Both the position numbers and the translations under genes were made by a program. The notes under the pieces are model-generated. The model saw only the letters and a program-made list of their open reading frames with translations. It was not told where the DNA came from and searched no databases. Shown in pieces: positions 50,368-59,196 of a stretch of DNA of 64,000 bases; position 1 is the first letter of the stretch; the number at the start of each line of letters is the position of its first letter. This DNA is from a virus. The stretch spans positions 25,727-89,726 of IMG/VR virus record IMGVR_UViG_3300026118_000001; one strand, given 5' to 3'.

Positions 50368-50772
50368 ATGATACCAAGTGTGTTGGTGAATGATTGATAA
50401 TCAAATAGTTATATGATTAAAGGAGGACATTAGTTGTTTTATTAAGTGACTTATAACCTGAGATGTTAATATATAATTGTTTGATTATTAAGTTAATTAG
50501 TTGATAATGAGTGATTTAATAAAGATTTTAACTTCTATTTTAGTCATAAGTTAAGTTATTCATTATCAATTAGTTATATTTTAATATAATTTTAGAGATT
50601 TGTCACAGAATTGTCATGTTCTTAGTTAGACTAGTGATGTAGGTCATATAATCTATTTTCTCTATTAGCGAAATTTTCTCTAAATTTATAATAATTATCC
50701 AAAACTATAGCTTTTTATTCATTACAATTATAATAATCCTTATTATATTATTAACTTAATATATAAACTAAC

Positions 50773-51171
50773 ATGTCAATTATATTAGAATTAACAGATA
50801 AAATACCATTTGGTAAATTTAAAGGTTTATCAATTGAAGCATTATTAGATGATAATGTATATTTTATATCATCTCAACATAAATATTTAAATTGGTTTAA
50901 TAAAACAGTTACAACTCATCAGTTTTCAGATGAAGTTAAACTATTATTAAAACTTAAATTAAAAGAAATAGCTGATGAAGCAATAGAAGCTGAAAGAGCT
51001 TGGAATCAAAGACAATGGGAATTATCTCAACCACCTTATTCTAATAAATCATCAAACAAAAGATCATCCTCATATACTAATGAAAATTCATGGCAATCTG
51101 GAATAAATGAAAGCTATCAAGAAGTTGGAATGAATTTGGGTGATATGGGTTATGATGGTGATGGGTGGTAA
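50773..51171 (+). CDS. Protein with PFGK.KG (DUF3820 / exonuclease X C-terminal-like) motif
   Basis: IPFGKFKGLSIEAL...YLNW. Confidence 0.6.
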   Translation: MSIILELTDKIPFGKFKGLSIEALLDDNVYFISSQHKYLNWFNKTVTTHQFSDEVKLLLKLKLKEIADEAIEAERAWNQRQWELSQPPYSNKSSNKRSSSYTNENSWQSGINESYQEVGMNLGDMGYDGDGW

Positions 51172-51221
51172 TTGAAGCTTCAGATGAATTAGTAATTAAT
51201 AATATTAATAATTAAAAATAA

Positions 51222-51518
51222 ATGAAGAAAATTATATTTATGTTCATGATTGCATTAGTTGTAACATCATGTCAAGAACCAACAATAATAAAACAAGATA
51301 AATTACCTATTTTAGTAGATAAAATAAAAGATGAAGCTAAATTTGATACAGTATTAACAATATCTGATAATAACAAAGTATATTTGTTTGAAACTAAACA
51401 AAATGAATATATTGGTGAATATTATAAAGAAACTGATGATATTGGTTTTGGTATATTTATTGGTATAGTAATAGGATTATTTATTGTATTACTATTATTT
51501 GCTGCATTTTATGATTAA
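51222..51518 (+). CDS. Lipoprotein with C-terminal TM
   Basis: MKKIIFMFMIALVVTSC lipobox; hydrophobic C-terminus. Confidence 0.6.
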   Translation: MKKIIFMFMIALVVTSCQEPTIIKQDKLPILVDKIKDEAKFDTVLTISDNNKVYLFETKQNEYIGEYYKETDDIGFGIFIGIVIGLFIVLLLFAAFYD

Positions 51519-51532
51519 ATAAACTAAAACAA

Positions 51533-51733
51533 ATGATAAAATCAATAATATCAACAATAATAACATTTTTGTTATTTCAATTTTCTCCGTTATATTGTAG
51601 ATGGATACAAAAAACTTTTAATTATGATAGAGATGAAATGTTTTTAATTTTTATATCTTTAGCAATAATAATTATAGGTTCTATAATAAATACAATAGTT
51701 TCATGGGCCTTTTATATAGATAAAAAATTATAA
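51533..51733 (+). CDS. Two-TM membrane protein
   Basis: Two hydrophobic segments. Confidence 0.55.
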   Translation: MIKSIISTIITFLLFQFSPLYCRWIQKTFNYDRDEMFLIFISLAIIIIGSIINTIVSWAFYIDKKL

Positions 51734-51889
51734 TATGAAAATCAAACAAACAATTTATCCAGATTTAATATTTACTTGTTTCAATGATTGGATGAGATAT
51801 ATTAGATTAACTAATAGAAAATAAAGAAATTAGACTATCTGCTGAAGATATTTTTGCAACCTTTTTGATGTTTTCTGCATCTTATATAT

Positions 51890-52558
51890 ATGAAAAAAAT
51901 ATACATTTATTGTTTAAAAGACCCAAATGGGTTAATTAGATATATTGGTAAAACAACCAATATAAAAAGAAGATTATATGGGCACATATATGAAGCAAAA
52001 AAATCAAAAGGAAAAAGATATGTTTTAAATTGGATAATCAATTTAATAAATTCTGGATTACTTCCAATTATAGAAGTTATAGAAATTTGTAATGAAAGTA
52101 ATTGGCAAGAAAAAGAAATTTATTGGATTGATTTTTACAGAAAAATTATTCCTAATCTTTGTAATAATTCTGATGGTGGATTAGGAGGAAGTGGAATAAA
52201 AAATTATTCTAAAGAAGAAATTATTAGAAGAAAATCATTAATGAGTAGGCAGTTTTCTAAATTTTCAAATGAAGAAAAGTTAAATATTTGGAAATTAATA
52301 AAAGAAAATAAATCCACTGAAGATATTAAATTATTCTATCCAACCTATAGTAGACAAATTCATTTTGGTGTTAAAAATGGAAGACAATGGAATGAAATAA
52401 CTAATTTGATTAAAGTTAAAGGGAAATCAAAAAGAAAGGGTTATACTTATAATAAAGGATTGTTTATAATTAGAAAAAAGACAAATGGAAAAAGTAATGT
52501 TTTATTTTCTTCAAAAGTTGAAGAAGAAGTATTAAAATACTTAGAAATGGACAGATAG
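51890..52558 (+). CDS. GIY-YIG homing endonuclease
   Basis: IYIYCL...IRYIGKT..I.RR..GH, E.YWI, LCN..DGG. Confidence 0.85.
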   Translation: MKKIYIYCLKDPNGLIRYIGKTTNIKRRLYGHIYEAKKSKGKRYVLNWIINLINSGLLPIIEVIEICNESNWQEKEIYWIDFYRKIIPNLCNNSDGGLGGSGIKNYSKEEIIRRKSLMSRQFSKFSNEEKLNIWKLIKENKSTEDIKLFYPTYSRQIHFGVKNGRQWNEITNLIKVKGKSKRKGYTYNKGLFIIRKKTNGKSNVLFSSKVEEEVLKYLEMDR

Positions 52559-52995
52559 TCTATACTTACATACCAAGGCTCATAACACTTTAAGGTGGTA
52601 ACTCTGGAGTAATAGATATACGCTTAAAAATACTAGTTTGGATAAGTGTACATTATTACGAGATAGAGAAAAATAAACTTTACAACTTTGAGCCGCGGTG
52701 CCATATTACAGGCTAAACATTGATCCTGATGTAAATTAATCTGGGACAATCAGATAGAGGTGCTAGAATAATTTCTCTTAATTGAGGCTTATAAAAGCTT
52801 AAAACTGCCAGTAGTGATACTGAATAAAGAATTGATTATATATCAATAGAATAACTCTAATTTACATAAAGATACTAATAGAAATATTAGATGTGTTGTT
52901 CCCTTGAGAAAGGGATTATTAACCCAAGAGAGAGAAGGTTATGCTCTACAACACAAATGAGCTCACTACTTACCTGTAAGGTGGAGTAGTTTTTA
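52552..52995 (+). ncRNA. Candidate structured non-coding RNA
   Basis: About 440 nt without a credible ORF, GC-enriched; several stems, GNRA tetraloops (GTGA, GAAA, GAGA) and crossing pairings. Confidence 0.5.
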
Positions 52996-53011
52996 TTTAA
53001 AAAAGTAAAAA

Positions 53012-53419
53012 ATGGAACAATGGAAAGATGTCCCAAACTATGAAAACTTATATCAAATAAGCAATTTTGGCAATGCAAGAAGTTTAGACAGATGTTCTAA
53101 AAACAAGGTTTTATTAAAAGGCAAACCAATTAAATTAAACGCAGATAAATTTGGATATTTTAGATTTACAGTAACTAAAGGAAATTCAAGTAAAACATTA
53201 AGAATACATAGGTTAGTTGGAGAATTATTCATACCTAACCCTTTTAATTTGCCTCAATTAAATCATAAAAATGGGAATAAAGAAGATAATTGTAAAGATA
53301 ATTTAGAATGGTGTTCTGATTCAGATAACAAGAAACATGCTTATAGTATTGGTTTAATGAAATCAGGTAATCAATATAGTAAAAATAAAACTAGAGCTAA
53401 TTTGCCTAGATATTGTTAA
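53012..53419 (+). CDS. NUMOD4-HNH homing endonuclease
   Basis: EQWKDVPNYENLYQISNFGN.RS (NUMOD4); IHRLVGELFIPNP...NHKNGNKEDN...NLEW...N. Confidence 0.9.
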   Translation: MEQWKDVPNYENLYQISNFGNARSLDRCSKNKVLLKGKPIKLNADKFGYFRFTVTKGNSSKTLRIHRLVGELFIPNPFNLPQLNHKNGNKEDNCKDNLEWCSDSDNKKHAYSIGLMKSGNQYSKNKTRANLPRYC

Positions 53420-53774
53420 TTATTTCTAGCTTTTCAAAGAAGCAGCTTATAATTAATCTGAAAAGCTACAACTATTAAAGTTAAGTATTTATACTAAACA
53501 ATGTGATTTAGAGGAAAATAGTAGCATTATAAGTAGATTTGATGACACTGGTAGTTAAGTTAGAACAAAATATACAGTGAAGTTGAAAGTCTTGTTCTAC
53601 ACCAGTGTAAAAACCATAGAAATGATAAACAAATGAAAACAATTAAAAACTTATTAAATTGTATATTTATATTATTATTTGTTATAATAGCTTCATTTTT
53701 AATTACTTCTGATATTAACAAAGAACAAGCTAAATCAAAAATAATAGAAATACCTTTTATAAAATGTTACAAAT

Positions 53775-54014
53775 ATGGATATAACTAAAATAAGATATTT
53801 AAAAGCAATAGAAAATTATAATGGTTATATTATGAAGAATGTTATATATCAATCTTATAATATTGGTATAGTAATTAATAATTCATTAGGTAATCTTAAT
53901 TATAGAATTAATCAGAATCTTTACTTTATCAATGAAAGGGAAGAAGAATATTTTATTGAAGTTACTGAAAAAGAATATAAAAATCAATTTAAGAAAATAA
54001 TACAAATCTATTAA
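53775..54014 (+). CDS. Small protein with C-terminal QIY tag (2/8)
   Basis: Ends KKIIQIY*. Confidence 0.7.
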   Translation: MDITKIRYLKAIENYNGYIMKNVIYQSYNIGIVINNSLGNLNYRINQNLYFINEREEEYFIEVTEKEYKNQFKKIIQIY

Positions 54015-54189
54015 AACTAAAAACTATGACACTAATCACATCAAAAAGACCTAGAATTATTGTTCAAAACAAGGTTCTATTAGCTTCTTCTACAGGATAT
54101 AGAGGAAATACAATTAATCAAAATAGAGCATTTAATAGAGCTAATAACTTAGCTATTGGAGTTATTAATGCTTTTAATAAGAAGTAAAA

Positions 54190-54489
54190 ATGAAAACAAA
54201 TAAATTATTAATTATAATAGCAATAGGTATATGGGCTTGGTTTATGCCATTCTTATTTAAAAATCTAGATTTAATAGACCAAATATTATTGTTTATTGGT
54301 GGGAGTTATATAATAGGATTAGGTTTATTTGGTTTAATATTAAATTATAAAAAACAAATAATAAAGTTTATTGGTGATATTATTTATATTAGATATTATC
54401 AAGAAACTAATTTGGCCAATAAATTATTAGTAATTGGATTTCTAAGAGGTATATTTGGATTTAAACTATTTTATTATATAGATTTATGA
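54190..54489 (+). CDS. Membrane protein
   Basis: Three hydrophobic segments. Confidence 0.55.
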   Translation: MKTNKLLIIIAIGIWAWFMPFLFKNLDLIDQILLFIGGSYIIGLGLFGLILNYKKQIIKFIGDIIYIRYYQETNLANKLLVIGFLRGIFGFKLFYYIDL

Positions 54490-54719
54490 AGTTATATGCT
54501 AAATGTATAAACAAAGATAATAAAGATTTAACTATTGGTAAAACATATGAATATTTTATTAAAGAAAATAATAATTATAGTTGGATAGAAAACGATGGAA
54601 TAGAAAATGGGTATTCAAATAGTGGTAATAGTTTGGGTTTTTCTAAGATGAAATTTTTAGAATTTTTTAAACCAATTAAATCAATTAAACCAATTAAAAG
54701 AGTAATACAAATTTATTAA
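54486..54719 (+). CDS. Small protein with C-terminal QIY tag (3/8)
   Basis: AKCINK...LTIGKTYE; ends KRVIQIY*. Confidence 0.7.
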   Translation: MKLYAKCINKDNKDLTIGKTYEYFIKENNNYSWIENDGIENGYSNSGNSLGFSKMKFLEFFKPIKSIKPIKRVIQIY

Positions 54720-54762
54720 GAATTTTAAATTAAATAATAACAATTAAAAACAAAAAACAATT

Positions 54763-55251
54763 ATGGCAAAAACAGTAAAAGCAACAAATGAAGTAGCATT
54801 ATCAGGACAATTTAATATTACTGAAGAAGGAATTCCAGCAATGTTAAAACAAATTACTGAAAGAATTTCTCAATTAACAGGCAGTAAAGAGAAAAAATCA
54901 AGACTTAGTGGTCAATTAATGGGAGAAACTCTTTCAGAAGTTAAAGATGTTAATAAACTTCAAGAATTATATGCTTATATTACAAAAAAAGGTGCAGCAA
55001 TTGAAGAAAATAGAGATAAATTTCTTGCTGTATCTCCAATACAATTGAAAGAGTATATAGAAGAAGGTGGAACTGTTGCTGAATGGCAAGAAGCTATTTT
55101 AGAACAATATGCTAATGTAACTCATGAAGAAGAATTACAGAAATTAAAGAAAACTAAAATAGCTTTAGAAGAATGTCTTTCTGAAGAAGCTAAAAAGAAA
55201 GCAAGATTAGAAAGTATTGGTGTTACATTAAAAGAAATTTTAAATAAATAG
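54763..55251 (+). CDS. Helical/coiled-coil hypothetical protein
   Basis: 162 aa, strong A-rich leader, followed by a terminator. Confidence 0.65.
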   Translation: MAKTVKATNEVALSGQFNITEEGIPAMLKQITERISQLTGSKEKKSRLSGQLMGETLSEVKDVNKLQELYAYITKKGAAIEENRDKFLAVSPIQLKEYIEEGGTVAEWQEAILEQYANVTHEEELQKLKKTKIALEECLSEEAKKKARLESIGVTLKEILNK

Positions 55252-55260
55252 TTACTAATT

Positions 55261-55300
55261 AATATAAGAGAATGTAGAAATATGTTCTCTTATATTTTAT
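55261..55300 (+). terminator. Intrinsic terminator
   Basis: AATATAAGAGAATGTA-GAAA-TATGTTCTCTTATATT followed by TT. Confidence 0.65.
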
Positions 55301-55309
55301 ATTATTATA

Positions 55310-55540
55310 ATGACAAATGAAAAATTATTAATTAAAGCTAGAAGAGATTATCCTATTGGTATTAAATTTATTAGTCCTGAAAATAATAGAACTTATATTA
55401 TAAAAAATGATAGATATTGGATTGGTACTAGTGAATCTATTTTAGCTTCAATTAATGGACATTCTGGAGAATATATTTATTATAATGATAAATGGGCTAA
55501 AATAGTATCAAAACCAAAGAAAATAATTCAGATTTACTAA
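55310..55540 (+). CDS. Small protein with C-terminal QIY tag (4/8)
   Basis: A.RDYPIGIKF...WAKIV; ends KKIIQIY*. Confidence 0.7.
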   Translation: MTNEKLLIKARRDYPIGIKFISPENNRTYIIKNDRYWIGTSESILASINGHSGEYIYYNDKWAKIVSKPKKIIQIY

Positions 55541-55688
55541 TTTAAACGTCTTGTGCTCAACTTAAATGTTGTGTTCTCAAAATCAATAGGTAAAGTTGAT
55601 TTATATACAATAACCTTAATAATATTACAATTTAATTTGATATATTGTTTTGGTTATTGTATTTTTATTAATATTTAATAATTAATTA

Positions 55689-55982
55689 ATGAAATATAAA
55701 ATAGGAGATATTGTTAAATTTATCAATTTAGATGTAGATTATCGTATAGGAGGTGAATGGGAACATGTTTTTAAAAGAAATAATAAAGAATTAACTATTG
55801 GAGGAAGTTTAATAATAAATAAAGAATATTATAATAAATATTTTGCTAAAATAATTGATATACAAAAAGATGATTATTTAGTAGAATATAAAGATAATTC
55901 TAATAAATTTGTTAGACTTTCATTTAAAGAAAATAGATTTACTTTAGTTAAGCAATATAAACAAATAATTCAAATATATTAA
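55689..55982 (+). CDS. Small protein with C-terminal QIY tag (5/8)
   Basis: MKYKIGDIVKF; ends KQIIQIY*. Confidence 0.7.
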   Translation: MKYKIGDIVKFINLDVDYRIGGEWEHVFKRNNKELTIGGSLIINKEYYNKYFAKIIDIQKDDYLVEYKDNSNKFVRLSFKENRFTLVKQYKQIIQIY

Positions 55983-55984
55983 CT

Positions 55985-56347
55985 ATGAGTGAAGAAATAA
56001 TAACATTGAATGGTGTCAATTTCAAAATTGATGAAAATAGTAATTTAATAGCTTTCAAAGAATCTAAGAAATCAAAATTATTAAAAAGAAGACAAGAATT
56101 ATATTCTTGGAATTGGTTTTATATGAATTCTAAAGAAAGTTTATATGCTACTAGGTATCATCAAATAGAAGTTATGAAAGATGGAGAAAAATTCATTGAT
56201 GGTGTGTATATAAATGATAATTTAAATTCTCATTATGGTAAAGCTATTTATTATTCTCAAAGATATAAAGATGATAGAGATAAAATAGCAAAAGTAAATT
56301 TAGAAATAGAGAAAAATTGGAATGAATCTAAACCTGTAGAAAAATGA
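55985..56347 (+). CDS. Hypothetical protein
   Basis: ORF in operon. Confidence 0.55.
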   Translation: MSEEIITLNGVNFKIDENSNLIAFKESKKSKLLKRRQELYSWNWFYMNSKESLYATRYHQIEVMKDGEKFIDGVYINDNLNSHYGKAIYYSQRYKDDRDKIAKVNLEIEKNWNESKPVEK

Positions 56348-56553
56348 AAACAAAAATATTAGTGGTATTATTAGCAATATTTTTATGTTCTTGTGAAAGT
56401 TTTATGTTAAGTCCATTGGTGATTACAGGAATTGAGACTAATAATAAAACTAATAATTCTGTTTATAGTGGCTATAGATACATAGTTCATTTAGAAGGAG
56501 GATTAAATTACTTCACAAACAAAAAATATTATATAGGAGATACAATTAAATGA
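56344..56553 (+). CDS. Small lipoprotein
   Basis: MKTKILVVLLAIFLCSC lipobox. Confidence 0.6.
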   Translation: MKTKILVVLLAIFLCSCESFMLSPLVITGIETNNKTNNSVYSGYRYIVHLEGGLNYFTNKKYYIGDTIK

Positions 56554-56838
56554 CAAATGAAGTAATTATAGAAATAGTAGAAACATTTTGTTTAACAATA
56601 GTCTGTATTGCATTTTTTTGGTTTTTAACCAAATTATAAAAGTATTAAATAATATATAAATTCTCTATATAGATGGGACAAACCACAGAGATAGTTGTAA
56701 TTGTATATTATTAATAGATATTAGTCTATATCTTTAAAATAAGGACAAATGTGAAACTTATGGCATTATAAATATAAGTGTAAATGATAATAAATTATCA
56801 TAAAAAATAATAAAATATAACAAAAAAACAAAAACATT

Positions 56839-57252
56839 ATGGAAACAGTAAAACCAATTAGAATGTCTGAAATTAAAACAGAAAAAAGAATTAAAGACAC
56901 AAAGAAAAACCGTCAATTTTATACACTTTATTTTATGGATCCAAATAATCCTTTAGCTGAAATGCGTCAAAGGAATGTGTTTCAATCTCATGTAAATGAT
57001 GCTGGAACAGATTGTATTTGGAAATCAGGGGATCCTTCAATAATGAAACAATTTATTGCTGAAAACAGGGAAATTCCTGGTCAATTTTTAAATGTAAAAG
57101 TAGTTCCTTATCAAGTTGGAGAGAGAATGGTAGATAGTTATTCTCTAATATTACTTAGAGGAGAGAAACTAGAAACTATTCTTAAACAACAAGGTCATGT
57201 ATTGGCTACAACTGTTGTTAAAAAACAAGAAGAAGTTCTTAGTTTAAACTAA
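56839..57252 (+). CDS. Hypothetical protein, possibly OB-fold / ssDNA-binding
   Basis: Strong A-rich leader; beta-rich with aromatic and basic residues; function is a guess. Confidence 0.4.
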   Translation: METVKPIRMSEIKTEKRIKDTKKNRQFYTLYFMDPNNPLAEMRQRNVFQSHVNDAGTDCIWKSGDPSIMKQFIAENREIPGQFLNVKVVPYQVGERMVDSYSLILLRGEKLETILKQQGHVLATTVVKKQEEVLSLN

Positions 57253-57263
57253 TATAAAATGGT

Positions 57264-57332
57264 CTGTCTAGTAGCTAGCTGGAAAAAGCACGTAGGAATA
57301 TAGATGTATTGGTTCGAGTCCAATCTAGACAG
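57264..57332 (+). ncRNA. tRNA-like element lacking a canonical anticodon arm
   Basis: Acceptor TGTCTAG/CTAGACA, TA-GCT..TGG..AGC D arm, ATTGG-TTCGAGT-CCAAT T arm; only 17 nt between D arm +1 and T stem (about 22 expected); no encoded CCA. Confidence 0.7.
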
Positions 57333-57365
57333 CTTAATTAAATTATTAATTTAAAAATTATAATA

Positions 57366-57530
57366 ATGTTTAAAAAGAATTATAATATAAAACATAGATT
57401 TGATAAAATATATGGTAAATGTTCTTGTGGTAATACTTGGATATTAAGAAAGAATAACAATACAAATATAGATTTTCTTGGATGTTCTAATTATCCTAAA
57501 TGTAAAAATACTAAAAATATAAGTAAATGA
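57366..57530 (+). CDS. Stand-alone topoisomerase-type C4 zinc ribbon (54 aa, not in ORF track)
   Basis: KCSCG..WILR......FLGCSNYPKC. Confidence 0.7.
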   Translation: MFKKNYNIKHRFDKIYGKCSCGNTWILRKNNNTNIDFLGCSNYPKCKNTKNISK

Positions 57531-57838
57531 TAGTTAAATGTATAAATGATAAATTTGATGAAGAGAATAAAATTTTAAAAGCTATTAAATTAGTTGGAGA
57601 TGATTACTTAATTCCTAAATTAGATCAAGAATATGAAGTAATTGGTTATGGAGATTTTAAAAAGAGAAAAGGATATTTATTAAAAGAAATTGATACATCA
57701 ATATATGGTGCGCGATTATTTTTTAATGAAGATAATTTTATGATTATAGATGACAGTTTTATGCCTAATATTATATTAGAAGATGGTCATTTAGCAAGAG
57801 AAGTATTATTATATATGGAAATTAATATTAATAAATAA
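57527..57838 (+). CDS. Hypothetical protein
   Basis: MIVKCINDK...EYEV...GYLLKE. Confidence 0.6.
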   Translation: MIVKCINDKFDEENKILKAIKLVGDDYLIPKLDQEYEVIGYGDFKKRKGYLLKEIDTSIYGARLFFNEDNFMIIDDSFMPNIILEDGHLAREVLLYMEININK

Positions 57839-58015
57839 AAACTAAAATTATGTTAGAAATAGACTATAAACAAGTAAAAGCTAAAGATTTAAAGAAGTAT
57901 GGAAAATTTATTAAAAAAGAATTGTATTTAAAAGAAGGAATTCATTGTTTACCTAGATTTGAAATTAATTCAGATAAAGTTTTTGTAGTTAATAATAATC
58001 AAACATTAAAAGAAA

Positions 58016-58219
58016 ATGAATGATATAATTAAAGAAGGTTCTATTATTTTAATAGATAAAGATAAATATTTATATGATCCTGATAAAAAGTTTAAAACTA
58101 CTAAATATAAAATTTTTAGTGGTTGGAATCAACAAGCAATTCAAAGGAATATTAATAATGGAAGCTGGATATATAAAGGAAATTTAAATGAATCTAATAA
58201 AATAATACAAATTTATTAA
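58016..58219 (+). CDS. Small protein with C-terminal QIY tag (6/8)
   Basis: Ends NKIIQIY*. Confidence 0.7.
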   Translation: MNDIIKEGSIILIDKDKYLYDPDKKFKTTKYKIFSGWNQQAIQRNINNGSWIYKGNLNESNKIIQIY

Positions 58220-58512
58220 TGAATAAAATAAAAGAAAATGATTTTATAGTTAGAACTTGGCCTAGTGGTAAAAAGACTATGGGAAAAGCTATATCCTTAC
58301 ATGGTAAGTTTAGTACTCCTGTGTTATATTTTGAATCATTAGAAACTTATTTTTCTGAAGGTGGTGTTTTAATTAATAATACTTATGGAGAGGTTAAAAA
58401 TAATTATTGTGGAATACCACAAAGACTTGCTGCAAAAAAAGAAATTAATTGGTTTAATAAATATAAAACATTAACTAATTATAAAGAAAAAGAGATAATA
58501 CAGATATATTAA
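58219..58512 (+). CDS. Small protein with C-terminal QIY tag (7/8)
   Basis: Ends KEIIQIY*. Confidence 0.7.
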   Translation: MNKIKENDFIVRTWPSGKKTMGKAISLHGKFSTPVLYFESLETYFSEGGVLINNTYGEVKNNYCGIPQRLAAKKEINWFNKYKTLTNYKEKEIIQIY

Positions 58513-58781
58513 TGAATGAAAATTTAATAAAAAATCATTATGAAATAGCATTAAATTTAATTAATTTAAAAGAAATTAAGAAAGCTAAACTTGAATTATA
58601 TAATAAAATGCCAATTGAATTATATGATGAAAGTTTAGATATTCTTAATAATAGAAATTTAAAGTTTAAGAATAGAAAGCTTAAACAATTAATTGAAAAT
58701 GTACACAGTTTAATTAATGATTATAATGAACAAGAGAAAGAATCAAATATTAACGATAATAATATAAACTTTTTAATATGA
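58512..58781 (+). CDS. Hypothetical helical protein
   Basis: Coupled ORF. Confidence 0.55.
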   Translation: MNENLIKNHYEIALNLINLKEIKKAKLELYNKMPIELYDESLDILNNRNLKFKNRKLKQLIENVHSLINDYNEQEKESNINDNNINFLI

Positions 58782-59008
58782 TGGAAGTATTAGTTAAGCA
58801 TCCATCTGGTAATCAAATGAAAGCTTGTGATGAGTGTAAATATAGAACTTTAAATTGTAATGGTCCTCATAGGAAGATAAATATTATGACTTGTCCTGCA
58901 AATAATGGAGAATATTATGAACCAGATAATATAAAACAAAATCCAAAAGAAGTTAATAATGATTATACATATTTAATTAAAATATTAAAAAAATATAATA
59001 TAAAATGA
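58778..59008 (+). CDS. Small Cys-containing protein
   Basis: CDEC...C...CP. Confidence 0.55.
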   Translation: MMEVLVKHPSGNQMKACDECKYRTLNCNGPHRKINIMTCPANNGEYYEPDNIKQNPKEVNNDYTYLIKILKKYNIK

Positions 59009-59196
59009 AATATATAACAAGAATAATAGTATTACCATTTGTATTTGCAATAATATTTACAGCTTATGTAGTTCATGCTTTTAATAATACTAGATTATTT
59101 CTATTATATGGTGGAGAATGGAATACATATACTAAAGATGATAAGGTTACAATGCAAAAGATTTATTTAAAATTAAAAGAAAATGAACAAATTTAA
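59005..59196 (+). CDS. Small membrane protein
   Basis: N-terminal TM, YGGEW. Confidence 0.55.
   Translation: MKYITRIIVLPFVFAIIFTAYVVHAFNNTRLFLLYGGEWNTYTKDDKVTMQKIYLKLKENEQI

Noticed and set aside
51831-52562. Group I intron around the GIY-YIG gene (GACTA/TAGTC resembles P7)
   Set aside because: No P/Q elements upstream and no split protein gene found; kept only as a stem in a candidate ncRNA
52895-52985. TPP riboswitch (TGAGA, ACCC, ACCTG words) or hammerhead ribozyme
   Set aside because: Stem order does not fit TPP, and no CTGATGA/GAAA hammerhead core is present
57264-57332. Functional decoding tRNA
   Set aside because: No 5-bp stem with a 7-nt anticodon loop can be formed
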